Positions 1-14,354 of a DNA stretch of 64,000 bases are shown one piece after another (position 1 is the first letter of the stretch; every line of letters begins with the position of its first letter). This stretch comes from Eledone cirrhosa. Taxonomy: Eukaryota. The notes under the pieces are model-generated. The model worked only from the letters and a program-made list of their open reading frames with translations. It had not been told where the DNA came from and ran no database searches. Location: the NCBI GenBank assembly GCA_964016885.1, contig OZ024762.1, forward strand, positions 4,092,001 through 4,156,000, given 5' to 3'. The position numbers and the translations under genes are program-made.

Positions 1-122
1 CCCATCACTATGACCCCCCACCATGACCCCCACCCCACCACCACCACACAATCTCTAATTACAGGAGAAAGGAAAACACATCTTAAGGAAGTTTAATAAC
101 TTAAATCACTTATGTTTCTATG

Positions 123-168
123 GAAGAAGAAGAAGAAGAAGAAGAAGAAGAAGAAGAAGAAGAAGAAG

Positions 169-198
<30 letters not shown>
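123..198 (+). repeat. (GAA)n microsatellite
   Basis: Pure GAA run. Confidence 0.95.
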
Positions 199-199
<1 letters not shown>

Positions 200-236
200 T
201 GTTGTTGTATTTTGACTAGCATTAGGTAACCATTGA

Positions 237-336
237 GGACACGTGGTGGCCTAGTGGTTAGGGTGTTCGGCTCATCATTGTAAGGTCATAGGTTTGATTC
301 CCAGACAGGGCAGCTGGTTGTGTTCTTGAGTAAGAC
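237..336 (+). mobile_element. tRNA-derived SINE 5' fragment (family A)
   Basis: A-box-like TGGCCTAGTGG, B-box-like GGTTTGATTCC, then TTCTTGAGTAAGAC core motif. Confidence 0.75.
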
Positions 337-614
337 TGGGTACCCTATCATTAAAACACCCAAGAACATTTTTATGACATTGTTATAATGGTGTGACACA
401 CCTGTTTTGTATATCTGCACGAAATGAGGGTAACACCTAAGGTTTACACCAGGTGTAATTCTGAACTACCAATGTGAGACTACAACAAGACTCAGTACAC
501 GCAGTTCCCGTGACAGTTCACTTCAGCTCTTATTTATAGAGTTTCGCCTAGTCCACTTTTAGTTACATGGGGGTATTTAGGGGTTTTTCCCCCACAACAG
601 ACATACTACATATA

Positions 615-1025
615 TGAGGCCAGCTAAACCTACATAGGTGTTAGCTGTAATAATATGGTAGAACTGGGGACCCTATCATTAAAACGCCCAAGAAACCTCC
701 TGTAAGACACAACCTTGTAGAAGACCAGCTAAAGCCACATAGGTGTTAACTGTAATAACAACATGATAGGACAGGGGACCCTATCATTAAAACACCCAAG
801 AAAGTTCGCATGAGATACAACCATGTAGAAGACCAGCTCAACCTACATGGGTGTAAGCTGTAACAACATGATAGGACTTGAGCCCATACTATTAAAACAC
901 ACATGAAACCTGCTATTAGATAAGATGAACTAAACCTACATGGGTGTGAGCTGTAAGAATAACATGATAGGACTTGGGACCTTATCATTAAAACACCCAA
1001 GAAACCTCCGATGAGATACAATCTC
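615..1025 (+). repeat. Diverged ~105-bp tandem repeat, about 4 copies, derived from a SINE 3' body
   Basis: Recurring GGGACCCTATCATTAAAACACCCAAGAAA...CCTACATGGGTGT; the same segment follows a SINE head on minus at 50925-51135. Confidence 0.7.
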
Positions 1026-1124
1026 AAGGAGGTTCGTTAAACCACTCATGCACCTAACACAAACACATACCACACTGCCTGTGACAATACTGAATTGTAA
1101 CGTTGACACAAAACCTCAAGAATT

Positions 1125-2400
1125 TCTCACTAAATGCACTGCTTTTGATTTTCAAATAAATTTGAAACTATTTGAAGAATATGGAGGGATTTAGTAATAT
1201 AACTAACTAAAGTCTGTCTTAAGCCAGTGCTCATCCTGGTTTCATGGCGTGAAGCGACCAAGAGTACAAGACTCCCCTTGGACACGGCACCTGTCCATCG
1301 AAGGGTTAAACTCCCCAACTATTGCTGGTACTTATTTTCAGCTGAGTATACTGGAACAACATGAAATGAAGTGTTTTGCTCAAGAACACAACACACAACC
1401 CAGGCCCAGGAATTGAACCCATGGAATTATGATCATAAGTCCAACACCCTTACCAATAGGCCATGTGCCTCCACAATATAACTAACTGGTGTTTGGAATA
1501 TAATTTAACAAGGTTAAGGTTTTTAGATAAATATACACACTTTAACCATTTGTTAACATATTTGTAATGAAAGACATTGCTTATTGTTTTCAAATCATTT
1601 TGAAAATAATCAAGAATTTGGAGTGTTTTAGTAATATAACTAACTTTTTCATTATTAAGCTGGTGTATGGAACATAACTTAACAAATGTTCTTATATGAA
1701 ATTATGATGGAAGGTTTTTAAATAAATATAATCACTTTAACCCTTTTGTTATCATATTTCTAATGAAAGACACTGTTTATGGTTTTTGAATAATTTTGAA
1801 AATAATCAAGAGTTTGAACGGATTTAATGAAATAATTAATTTTCTCATTATTTAAGTTGGTGTTTTCGAAAATAGTTTTAATGAAACACACAGCATATGA
1901 TTAATTTTGAAAATCATCAAGAACCTGGAGGAATTTAGTAATATAATTAATTTTCTTATTATTTATCTGGTGTTTGGAACATAATTTAAAAGTTCTTACA
2001 TGAAATTATGTTAGATAAATATAAACACATTAACCCTTTCGTTAACATATCTCTAATGTAAGATACTACTTACGAATTTCAATTAATTTTGAAAATAATC
2101 AAGAATTTGAATGGATTTAGTAATATAACTATCTGGTATTTGAAATAAAACTTTCTTACATAAATTTATGATGAAAGGTTTTTAGATAAATATAACCACT
2201 TTAACCCCTATTACCATATTTCTAATGAAAGGCACTGCCTGTGGTTTTCAGATAACTTTGAAAATAATCAAGAACTTGGGGGAGGGGGGGGGGTTAGTAA
2301 TATAATTAATTTTCTTGTTATTTATCTGGTGTTTGGAACATAACTTAAAGGTTCTTACGTGAAATTATGATGGAAGTTATTTTTAGATAGATATAAACCA
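1125..2400 (+). repeat. Degenerate ~150-190-bp tandem repeat of a TTAA-MITE-like terminus, about 7 copies
   Basis: Repeated TTAACCCTTT-GTTA-CATATTTCTAATGAAAGACACTG...TTTTGAAAATAATCAAGAATTTG...CTGGTGTTTGGAACATAA; the first copy is interrupted by a SINE. Confidence 0.7.
1210..1474 (-). mobile_element. tRNA-derived SINE, family A head with non-RTE tail
   Basis: Minus strand GGAGGCACATGGCCTATTGG...GGTTCAATTCC...TTCTTGAGCAAAACACTTCATTTCA; tail shared with 2745-2935 and 52965-53220. Confidence 0.85.
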
Positions 2401-2449
2401 ACACTTGGGGGCAGTTTCAAGCTGTTTGATATTAACAGGGATAATTCAG

Positions 2450-2990
2450 CCTGTTTAGATCATCATTGTAAGGTCTTGAGTTCAATTCCCAGAGTGTGTA
2501 GCACATTATGTCCTTGAGCAAGACACTTTATTCAATGTTGTTCCAGTCCACTTAGCTGGCCAAAATGAGTTATACCAGTAAATTAAGGGGGCTTAACGGT
2601 ACACATGCCTGTGGAATACTCAATCAAGGGCTAGCCTTGTGACAATGTGTCATGCTGTATCTCCCTGAGAACTACGTTAAGGGTACACATGTCTGTGGAA
2701 TAATCAGCTACTGAGTATACTTGAGCAATGTGAGATAAAGTGTTTTGTGTTCTTGAGCAAAACCCTTCATTTCACATTCCTCCAGTATACTCAGCTGAAA
2801 ATGAGTAGCAGTAATAGCTGGGGGTTTAACACTGTGATGGACTGGTGTCCTGTCCAGGGGGAAGTCTTGTACTGTCAGTCACTTAACACGACAGAAACCG
2901 GAACAAACACCGACTTGATGAGTCTCTAGGCTCGAGATCATCATCATCATCATCATCGTTTAACATCCATTTTCCATGCTAGCATATGGA
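2450..2990 (+). mobile_element. Cluster of SINE fragments ending in an inverted RTE-type (CAT)n tail
   Basis: GAGTTCAATTCC B box and CCTTGAGCAAGACACTT core at 2478-2530; second body at 2745-2935; (CAT)n-GTTTAACATCCATTTTCCATGCTAGCAT at 2938-2985. Confidence 0.75.
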
Positions 2991-2997
2991 TAGGACT

Positions 2998-3214
2998 TTA
3001 ACCTTTTAGCATTTACATTACTCTATATATACTGTTGTATATTTTGTGGTAAAGGCTTTACCTCACATAATATTGAATCTACGAGATTTTGATGTTATTT
3101 ATTTTGAGAACAATACCTTAACATCAGTATGAGCGACCAGCTACAGCTGGTTTGAACAGAAAGAGGCGAGAGAATTCTGGCTGGATACAGTTGGTTTAAA
3201 CGCTAAAGGGTTAG
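2998..3214. mobile_element. TTAA-flanked piggyBac-like MITE
   Basis: TTAA-CCTTTTAGCATTTA ... TAAACGCTAAAGGG-TTAG terminal inverted repeats; second copy begins at 39759. Confidence 0.75.
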
Positions 3215-3244
3215 ATTCCAATACACCACCGCAACTAACACAAC

Positions 3245-3358
3245 CACCACCACCATTGCTGACACTCCCCACCACCATTGCTGACACTCCCCACCACCAT
3301 TGCTGACACTCCTCACCACCATTGCTGACACTCCCCACCACCACCACCATTGCTGACC
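3245..3358 (+). repeat. ~22-bp minisatellite CCACCATTGCTGACACTCCCCA, about 5 copies
   Basis: Direct tandem copies. Confidence 0.85.
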
Positions 3359-3447
3359 CCCCCCCACACCACAACCATTTCTACAGTTCTAGATAATTCT
3401 AGCCCACTTGACACTTTTCTCTCAGAATCAGCATTTATAGCACAACT

Positions 3448-4812
3448 GTGGTGTTGTTGTTGTTGTTGTGGTTGTTGTGGTGTTGTTGCTGTAGTAGGTG
3501 TTGTAGTAGGTGTTGTTGTTGGTGTTGGTGGTATTATAGTAGGTGGTGTTGGTGGTGGTGTTGTTGTTGGTGGTGTTGTTGGTGGTGTTGGTGGTATTAT
3601 AGTAGGTGGTGTTGGTGGTGGTGTTGTTGTTGGTGGTGGTGTTGGTGGTATTATAGTAGGTGGTGTTGGTGGTGGTGTTGTTGTTGGTGGTGGTGTTGGT
3701 GGTATTATAGTAGGTGGTGTTGGTGGTGGTGTTGTTGTTGGTGGTGGTGTTGGTGGTATTATAGTAGGTGGTGTTGGTGGTGGTGTTGTTGTTGGTGGTG
3801 TTGTTGGTGGTGTTGGTGGTATTATAGTAGGTGGTGTTGGTGGTGGTGTTGTTGTTGGTGGTGTTGTTGGTGGTGTTGGTGGTGGTGTTGTTGGTGGTGG
3901 TGTTGTTGTTGGTGTTGGTGGTATTATAGTAGGTGGTGTTGGTGGTGGTGTTGTTGTTGGTGGTGTTGTTGGTGGTGTTGGTGGTATTATAGTAGGTGGT
4001 GTTGGTGGTGGTGGTGTTGTTGGTGGTGTTGTTGGTGGTGTTGGTGGTATTATAGTAGGTGGTGTTGGTGGTGGTGTTGTTGTTGGTGGTGTTGTTGGTG
4101 GTGTTGGTGGTATTATAGTAGGTGGTGTTGGTGGTGGTGTTGTTGTTGGTGGTGTTGTTGGTGGTGTTGGTGGTATTATAGTAGGTGGTGTTGGTGGTGG
4201 TGTTGTTGTTGGTGTTGGTGGTATTATAGTAGGTGGTGTTGGTGGTGGTGTTGTTGTTGGTGGTGTTGTTGGTGGTGTTGGTGGTATTATAGTAGGTGGT
4301 GTTGGTGGTGGTGTTGTTGTTGGTGGTGTTGTTGGTGGTGTTGGTGGTGGTGTTGTTGGTGGTGGTGTTGTTGTTGGTGTTGGTGGTATTATAGTAGGTG
4401 GTGTTGGTGGTGGTGTTGTTGTTGGTGGTATTATAGTAGGTGGTGTTGGTGGTGGTGTTGTTGTTGGTGGTGTTGTTGGTGGTGTTGGTGGTATTATAGT
4501 AGGTGGTGTTGGTGGTGGTGTTGTTGTTGGTGGTGTTGTTGGTGGTGTTGGTGGTGGTGTTGTTGGTGGTGGTGTTGTTGGTGGTGTTGGTGGTATTATA
4601 GTAGGTGGTGTTGGTGGTGGTGTTGTTGGTGGTGTTGGTGGTATTATAGTAGGTGGTGTTGGTGGTGGTGTTGTTGGTGGTGGTGTTGTTGGTGGTGTTG
4701 GTGGTATTATAGTAGGTGGTGTTGGTGTTTATGTAAGAGGTGTTGTTGTTGGTGTTGGTGGTATTATAGTAGGTGGTGTTGGTGGTGGTGGTGTTGTTGT
4801 TGTTGTCATATT
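3448..4812 (+). repeat. Compound (GGT/GTT)n array punctuated by GGTATTATAGTAGGT
   Basis: Trinucleotide-phase repeat; ORFs in several frames are low-complexity artefacts. Confidence 0.9.
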
Positions 4813-4878
4813 TGTTGTTGTAGTTACTGTTGCTTTTGTTTATATATCATCATCATCAACATTATCACTGGGTTATAT

Positions 4879-4949
<71 letters not shown>

Positions 4950-4968
4950 CATATATACATACACACAC

Positions 4969-5057
<89 letters not shown>

Positions 5058-5408
5058 CATATATACATACACACACATATATACATAACCATCTAAAATA
5101 TCATTAAAATAATAGGTCACATATTTGACATATTTCTCTAAACTCCCTATTACAGTCTTTCCTCTCCTATAAACCCCATTGTCTTCCTCTCTCTCTCTTT
5201 CTCCCTCTCTTTTATTATGTCTCTCCCTCTCACCCTTATGAGTTTCTCTCTCTCTTTCTCTTAATCTGTTTTTTCCATTTCTGTCATCTCTCTCTCTCGT
5301 TCTACATCCTCTATCAACATCATACTTCTCTGTCATTCAGTCTCTCTCTTCCTCTTCTCCCTTGTTCTCACCTTTCACTCTCTTCCGCCTATCCCCCTCC
5401 TTTTCAGT

Positions 5409-5916
5409 CTTAACCCTTTCATTACCATATTTCTAATGAAAGACACTGTCTATGTCATTAACCCTTTCATTACTATATTTCTAATGAAAGACACTATGTA
5501 TGTCTTTAACCCTTTCATTACCATATTTCTAATGAAAGACACTGTCTATGTCATTAACCCTTTCATTACTATATTTCTAATGAAAGACACTGTCTATATC
5601 TTTAACCCTTTCATTACCATATTTCTAATGAAAGACACTGTCTATATCTTTAACCCTTTCATTACCATATTTCTAATGAAAGACACTGTCTATGTCTTTA
5701 ACCCTTTCATTACCATATTTCTAATGAAAGACAGTGTCTATGTTTAACCCTTTCATTACTATATGAAAGGGTTAAAGAGATAGATAGTCTTTCATTAGAA
5801 ATATGGTAATGAAAGGGTTAATGACAGACAGTGTCTTTCATTAGAAATATGGTAATGAAAGGGTTAAAGACATAGGTAGTGTCTTTCATTAGAAATATAG
5901 TAATGAAAGGGTTAAA
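5409..5916. repeat. 48-bp minisatellite that flips orientation near 5760
   Basis: TAACCCTTTCATTACCATATTTCTAATGAAAGACACTGTCTATGTCAT about 7 times forward, then about 3 copies reverse-complemented. Confidence 0.9.
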
Positions 5917-5953
5917 CCTTTGGGAGACACCCTGTATATATATATATATATAT

Positions 5954-6292
5954 GAAGGATATCTGTTGATAAAAGGTCAAGAATGAATGCTCAATCTATT
6001 GCAAGAGAGCTTATTTAGTATATTTTAAATTTCATACACAACATGTATGCTCAACCTCTACTTTTGGAGTCCAGTTATGGCCACCACTGCATAGTTAGAG
6101 GAGCCAATTCAAAACTGGCCTCTCATCAGCCAGCCAACAGGATAACATTACAAAAATAACTGTTAGCCTGCTATATAATTTTGTTCTGGCGCCTGACAAG
6201 CGGCCACTTTACAGTGGTGGCCATAACAGGACCTTGAAACCTAAGGTCATACATACATGTTAAGTGTATGAATCTTTAAACATACTAAATAT
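5954..6292 (-). mobile_element. (TA)n-flanked fold-back element with degenerate hammerhead motifs (Penelope-like terminus)
   Basis: Imperfect inverted arms 6014-6090 and 6210-6290; minus CTGATGA at ~6124-6130; plus CTGACAA...GAAACCTAAGGTC at 6193-6249. Confidence 0.55.
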
Positions 6293-6783
6293 ATATATAT
6301 TTATCTATATATATATATATATATATATGTGTGTATGTGTGTGTGCGTGTATATATATATATATATAAAACTGTATATGTGCATGTGCCTTGATGTGTGC
6401 GTGTATAGAAAAGAGTGCACCATCCTCTTCCCCGCTACACTGTCTATGTAGAGGGAGTAGTGTAAGTCTCTTCTCACCCTACACTATGGGGGGCCAGGGG
6501 TGTAGTATAAGTGATTGTGTTAGAGGGAATCAACCAGTAAAGAATTGAGGCTGTATGTAATGATGTTGACGTTAAAGGAGGGCAGAGGGAGGGCAGAGGA
6601 AATGCCATCTTAGGATGTGGGGGTGGTCCTTGTAATGTATGCTATTGTTTATACATACATATATATATGTATATATGTATTTATATATATATATATATAT
6701 ATATGTGTATATGTGTGTGTGTGTGTCCCAGCTTTCCTGATGATTTCCTTTGAATAAAACAATTCTATCCTGTAGAAGTTATT

Positions 6784-6842
<59 letters not shown>

Positions 6843-6876
6843 GATATATATATATATATATTATATATATATATCT

Positions 6877-7213
6877 CATCATCATCATCATCATTTTACA
6901 TCCACTTTTCCCTGCTTGCAAGGGTGGGACGGAAACTGATTCTGGCTTGATTTCTACAGCTGGATGCCCTTCCTAACACCAACCTCATTTACAGTGAGTG
7001 CTGGGTGCTTTTTTGCCGTGGCACCTCCACGAGCACTTTGCAGTGGAATGATAGGGACCCCAGTCCCTATCATCTCATTTCTACAGCTGAGTAAACTGGA
7101 GCAATGTGAAATAAAGTGTCTTGCTCAAGGAAACAACATATCGCCCGGTCTGAGAATTGAACTCACAACCTTTCGATTGCAAGGCCAATGCTCTAACCAC
7201 TAAGCCATGTGCC
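6877..7213 (-). mobile_element. Full-length family A SINE with RTE-derived 3' tail
   Basis: A box TGGCTTAGTGG, B box GAGTTCAATTC, core CCTTGAGCAAGACACTT, RTE 3'UTR, (GAT)n tail; near-identical to 30797-31132 and 54929-55253. Confidence 0.92.
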
Positions 7214-7469
7214 ATATATATGCTAGTGTGGAAGAATGGATGTAAAAGAGTGATGATGATAATGATGATATACATATATACATATACAAACACACATAAT
7301 TGTTTCTACTTTTGGCACAAGGCCAGCAATTACCCAGTGTATTACTGGTACTTTATACACATAATGTATATATAATAGACATATATGCATACAATCATAT
7401 ATACCCACATACATATACAAATATACTTTTGTATGTATATATATTTATCTATGTGTGCATATATATATG

Positions 7470-7785
7470 TATTCGTTGGATGTGTAATAGTAATATACGT
7501 GAACGGCAAAGCATAGATGAACTAAGTGAGAAATTAGGAATAAGAGGGATCAGATGCTGTTTACTTGAGAGAAGACTACGTTGGTATGGCCACGTGATGC
7601 GCATGAAAGACGACAGCTGTATAAAAAAGTGCAGAGCGATCAAAATTGATGGAAGTTACGGAGTAGGCAGACCCAGAAAAACCTGGGACGATTTGATAAA
7701 TTCCGACCTTACACACTTGCACCTCTCTAAGACAATGTCACTGGACCGAGATCTTTGGCGCTATGCAGTAATACAGAAGAGGGCC
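7470..7785 (+). pseudogene. RTE LINE ORF C-terminal fragment
   Basis: IRWMCNSNIRERQSIDELSEKLG...RRLRWYGHVMRM...GRPRKTW, matching the C-terminus of the 40882-42282 ORF. Confidence 0.9.
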
Positions 7786-8212
7786 CACTTGAGGCAAGGT
7801 TGGTCGGGTGACCGTGTCTCGCTCATATGGGACTGTCTGGCAGGTTTTCTATGGCTGGATGCCCTTCCTAACACCAACCACCTTTACAGTGTGAACTGGG
7901 AACTTTTTACCGTGTTACCTACACGGCCACATTACAGCGTGGACTGTGTGGGTTCTTTTGTGACACCTACACGATCTCGATCTCATTATCTCATTTATTT
8001 GGACTGGATGTTGTGGTACCAACTTTACAGAGAGAGGGTGGTGTTGGTGGGAGTGGGAGGATAGGGTAGGGGTAGTGGATTGGGGTGTATATTTGGTTAA
8101 GAGGTGCCTACTGACTGTAGGTTTCGCTTTGTACATAGGCAAGGCGGGTCTTCTGTATTACTGCGTAGTGCCAAAGATCTTGGTCCAGTGACATTGTCTT
8201 AGAGAGGTGTAA
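7785..8212 (-). mobile_element. Inverted RTE 3'UTR and ORF end
   Basis: GGCTGGATGCCCTTCCTAACACCAACC 3'UTR motif; 8145-8212 is the reverse complement of ~7713-7780. Confidence 0.8.
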
Positions 8213-8239
8213 GTATAGGAAGTAAGAAAGCTATGGAAG

Positions 8240-8457
8240 TAAGAAAGCTAAGTATTGGGGTTTACTTTTAGCTAGGGATTTAGCAGCATCCAAATCACGC
8301 ACAGAGAATGTATGTGAGCCCGCGGAATGTGGGTCACTACAGGTATTTCTCCTGTAGTTGTCGTCCAAGGAAAGGAGCGTCTGTGGTACTTTTACCCAAA
8401 CTGCATTTCATCTAGATCAATACACTCTCTGATTAGTTGCGCTATAACTCTTTCTGT
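8240..8457 (-). pseudogene. Small degraded RTE RT fragment
   Basis: Minus translation TERVIAQLIRECIDLDEMQFG at ~8395-8457 and LAKSKP at ~8245-8262 match the main RTE ORF. Confidence 0.65.
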
Positions 8458-9146
8458 GTGTATATATGTGAATGTATGTATGCATGTGTATGTGTGCATA
8501 TGAGTGTGCCTGTTTGTGTGTGTATGTGCATTCATACCAGTGTATGTATGTGTATATGTGTGTGTGTGTGTATGTATATGCTTGTATGTGTGTGGCAGTT
8601 AGGGTCACAAGCCCCTACCCTACCTACACTACCATGGCATCAGTGATTTAACGGAAGGAAAAACTCCTGTGTGTGTATGTCTTACTCTCACCCTGTCCTG
8701 CCCCCTTATTTTACATATGGAGTGAAGAAGGGCTGCACCCACAAACATTTTCAGGGTCTCCAAGATTTGTGGGAGGAGAAGAGGAAGAAGGAAGGGCAGA
8801 CACCTGAGTCATTTCTAGGGCCTCAGATGTGGGGGTGGGGAGGATAAAGGAAGGACTGTCCCCCCTGATTCATTTCCAGGGCCTCAGAATTAGGGGTTCA
8901 GCGGTAAGGAAGGAGTGTCCTCAAAAGGACTGGACACGACTGACTTGACACAGCCCACCTTCCTCATCACATCTTCCTCCTCATCACCGTCATCTTCCTC
9001 CTCATCATCATCACCACCACATCCTCTTCCTCCTCCTTCCCATCATCATCACTACCACATCCTCTTCCCCCTCCTTCCCATCATCATCACCACCTCATCC
9101 TCTTCCCCCTCCTCCCCATCATCACCACCTCACCCCCCCTCCTTCC

Positions 9147-9147
<1 letters not shown>

Positions 9148-9179
<32 letters not shown>

Positions 9180-9926
9180 TTAATGCCCATTTTCCACACT
9201 TGCCAGGGTCAGATGTGTTGCTATGAGACAAGTCAGGTCAGGTGACCATCTCATCTTCATATGGATCTGTATTGTGGCTTGGTTTCAATGGTTGGATGCA
9301 TCAACATGACTACCTTACAGGGTGGACTGGGTGCATTTTGATGTGTCACCAGCACAACCATCTGACAGGGTCGACTTGGTGCTTTTTGTCATGTCACCAA
9401 CATGCCCACCTTATAGGGTTGACTGGGTGCTTTTTGTCGTATCATTAGCAAAAGCACCTTACATTGTGGACTGGGTGCTTTTTGTTGTGTCACAAGTGTG
9501 GCCACCTTACAGGGTGGACTGGGTGCTTTTTGTTGTGTCACAAGTGCAGCCACTTTACAGGGTGGACTGGGTGCTTTTTGTTGTGTCACAAGTGTGGCCA
9601 CCTTACAGGGTGGACTGGGTGCTTTTTGTTGTGTCACAAGTGTGGCCACCTTACAGGGTGGACTGGGTGCTTTTTGTTGTGTCACAAGTGTGGCCACCTT
9701 ACAGGGTGGACTGGGTCCTTTTTGTTGTGTCACAAGTGTAGCCACTTTTCAGGGTGGACTGGGTGCTTTTCGTCGTGTCACAAGTGCGGCCACCTTACAG
9801 GGTGGACTGGGTGCTTTTTGTCATGTCACAAGTGCAGCCACTTTACAGGGTGGACTGGGTGCTTTTTGTCGTGTCACAAGTGCAGCCACTTTACAGGGTG
9901 GACTGGGTGCGTTTTGTCGTGTCACT
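9148..9926 (-). repeat. RTE 3' end whose 48-bp 3'UTR unit has expanded to about 13 copies
   Basis: (CAT)n tail at 9148-9180, then tandem CCACCTTACAGGGTGGACTGGGTGCTTTTTGTTGTGTCACAAGTGTGG, matching RTE 3'UTR 40745-40830. Confidence 0.85.
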
Positions 9927-10084
9927 ATGTTAAATAAACTCACAATTAATACAAAGATATGACAAGCTATTAGTACATATGTATATTTAAACAAAGTGTC
10001 TATTTATGCCGGGCCACAAATACTTCCAAATGTATGTATGAATGTATATGAGTGTGTATGAGTGTAGGTGTGTGTATATATGTA

Positions 10085-10155
<71 letters not shown>

Positions 10156-10229
10156 TTGTTAAGACGGAACATGAAGGCTGAAAAAATAATTTTGCAATAA
10201 AATAAACAAAAAAGACTTAATGACATGAA

Positions 10230-11160
<931 letters not shown>

Positions 11161-11569
11161 TATACACCTGATATAACTATATCACCTGTAATATTTTGTT
11201 TTTCCATATCTGTTTGGTTTACTTTCATTCTAGGTAAATATAGTCCAAGTCATAGTAGTAGTAGTAGTAATAGTAGTAGTAACACAAGTTGTAGTAGTAG
11301 TAGTAACAAAAGTTGCAGTAGCAGTTGTAGTAGTAATTAATGTTAATTACGATGATGATGATGGTTAATAAGCGTAATCCAGTATGTTGCTATAGTATGG
11401 GGTAAGACCTAGACATCCAGATATAACTGGGGCGAGCTATGTATGAATGAAGCTGACATCAGAATGACAAGCTTTTATATATGTGTACGTGTCTGTATGT
11501 AGGTGTGTATACACACGTATGTATGTATGTATTTGTATCTGTATGTATATATATATATATATATATATA

Positions 11570-11680
11570 GACAGTCCTATGCGAGCAAGACAACCACTCT
11601 TGCCTCAAGTGGGAAAACTCCCGTCCAAACCCATGCAAGCGTGGAATATGGACGTTAAACGATGATGATGATGATGATGA
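11570..11680 (+). mobile_element. RTE 3' terminal fragment
   Basis: CCCGTCCAAACCCATGCAAGCGTGGAATATGGACGTTAAAC-(GAT)n. Confidence 0.75.
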
Positions 11681-11689
11681 TATATATAT

Positions 11690-12640
11690 ATGGTCTGTAT
11701 GTAAGTGTGTACATATATGTATGTATGTATTTGTATCTATCTGTATGTATATATATATATATGTCTGTATGTAAGTGTGTACATATATGTATGTATGTAT
11801 TTGTATCTATCTGTATATATATATATATATATATGTCTGTATGTAAGTGTGTACATATATGTATGTATGTATTTGTATCTATCTGTATGTATATATATAT
11901 ATATGTCTGTATGTAAGTGTGTACATATATGTATGTATGTATTTGTATCTATCTGTATGTATATATATATATATGTCTGTATGTAAGTGTGTACATATAT
12001 GTATGTATGTATTTGTATCTATCTGTATATATATATATATATATGTCTGTATGTAAGTGTGTACATATATGTATGTATGTATTTGTATCTATCTGTATGT
12101 ATATATATATATATGTCTGTATGTAAGTGTGTACATATATGTATGTATGTATTTGTATCTATCTGTATGTATATATATATATATGTCTGTATGTAAGTGT
12201 GTACATATATGTATGTATGTATTTGTATCTATCTGTATATATATATATATATATGTCTGTATGTAAGTGTGTACATATATGTATGTATGTATTTGTATCT
12301 ATCTGTATGTATATATATATATATGTATATGTCTGTATGTAAGTGTGTACATATATGTATGTATGTATTTGTATCTATCTGTATGTATATATATATATAT
12401 ATATGTATATGTCTGTATGTAAGTGGGTACACATATATATATGTGTGTATTTGTATCTATCTGTATGTATATATATATATATGTGTCTGTATGTGTACAC
12501 ATATGTATTTATGTATTTGAATCTATCTGTATGTATATATATATATATATGTCTGTATGTGTACACATATGTATTTATGTATTTGAATCTATCTGTATGT
12601 ATATATATATATATATGTGTGTATGTGCGTGTGTACACAT
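11690..12640 (+). repeat. 70-bp minisatellite of TA/TG microsatellite origin
   Basis: GTCTGTATGTAAGTGTGTACATATATG... period 70, also visible in the ORF track offsets. Confidence 0.9.
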
Positions 12641-12804
12641 ATGTATGTATGTATTTGTATCTATCTATATGTATATATATGTGTGTGTGGTCGGTGTACA
12701 TACATGTATGTATTTGTATGTATCTGTAAGTATGTATATATATATATATGAAACAAAATGAAAACGAAATTTCATTTCTCACTCTTAGTATATATATATA
12801 TGTG

Positions 12805-12927
<123 letters not shown>

Positions 12928-13001
12928 ATATTATAGCTGTGGCACAAAGGCCAGGAGTTTCGTGCTTAAGGGCATGCGTTGTACAGTCAAGCCCCTCTCT
13001 T

Positions 13002-13064
<63 letters not shown>

Positions 13065-13144
13065 AAATATGTATATATATATGTGTATATGTGTGTGTGT
13101 GTAGATGTGTGTGAGAGCCTGGTCTTTTTAGTGAGTGTGTGTGC

Positions 13145-13195
<51 letters not shown>

Positions 13196-13512
13196 CTGTG
13201 TGCGTGTTTTGATTTGAAATAAAGTTTTCCCTAACTTGTTTTTAAGTACAGTAGGATATTGGTGTTGTTGTTGTTGTGTTGTCAATGCAACACATTGTTT
13301 GTTTGTGTGTATATATGAATGCAACAACACACATATATATATATATGTATGTGTGTGTGTTTATTTATCTATGAGTGTGTGTGTATATATATATATATTT
13401 ATATATATACATACATGTATATATGAAAATAAATAAGTGTGCATGTAGATGTTTATATATATGCGTCTATCTCAAATATATATATATATATTTCACATAT
13501 ATTACACACACA

Positions 13513-13575
<63 letters not shown>

Positions 13576-13700
13576 ATATATATGCGTTTTTATATATATA
13601 TATGTGTGTGTATATATATATATATGTTTGTGTGTATATATATATATATATGTGTGTGCTTATATATATATATGTTTGTGTATATCTTCTGTACAGCTGT

Positions 13701-13802
<102 letters not shown>

Positions 13803-13871
13803 ATATATATATATGTGTGTGTGTGCGTATATATATATATATATGTTTGTGTATATCTGTATAGCTGTGTA

Positions 13872-13910
<39 letters not shown>

Positions 13911-14207
13911 ATGTGTGTGTGTATATATATATATGTGTATGTGTGTGTGTATATATATATATGTGTGTGTATGTGTGTGTGTATATATATATGTGTGTAT
14001 GTGTGTGTGTGTCAGTTCATAGCAAGCCACCTCCTGTGTGATATCCCATCATATCTACCATGTAATAATGGTGCTATAATATCACAGTTTCTTAGGAAGT
14101 AAATGTTGCACCCCTCCCCTCACACTGCTCCCCTTTAGTTTATAGCTTTCATTGTTGTTGTTGTTGTTGTTGCTGGTTGACATATCAGCCTTGTCTCCCT
14201 TCTTCAC

Positions 14208-14322
14208 TGCCACCATCACCATCACTACCAACACCACCACCACCATCACCATCACTATCAACAACACCACCACCATCACTATCAACACCACCACCACCAC
14301 CATCACTATCAACACCATCACC

Positions 14323-14354
<32 letters not shown>

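Noticed and set aside
3350-5088. 526-aa Gly/Val-rich and 546-aa Trp/Cys-rich ORFs
   Set aside because: GGT/GTT microsatellite open in several frames, running into (TA)n, with no credible start or splice context
11234-11401. Plus-strand exon or recursive splice site (TTCATTCTAG/GTAAAT ... GG/GTAAGA)
   Set aside because: All three frames contain stops and the motif alone cannot be told from chance
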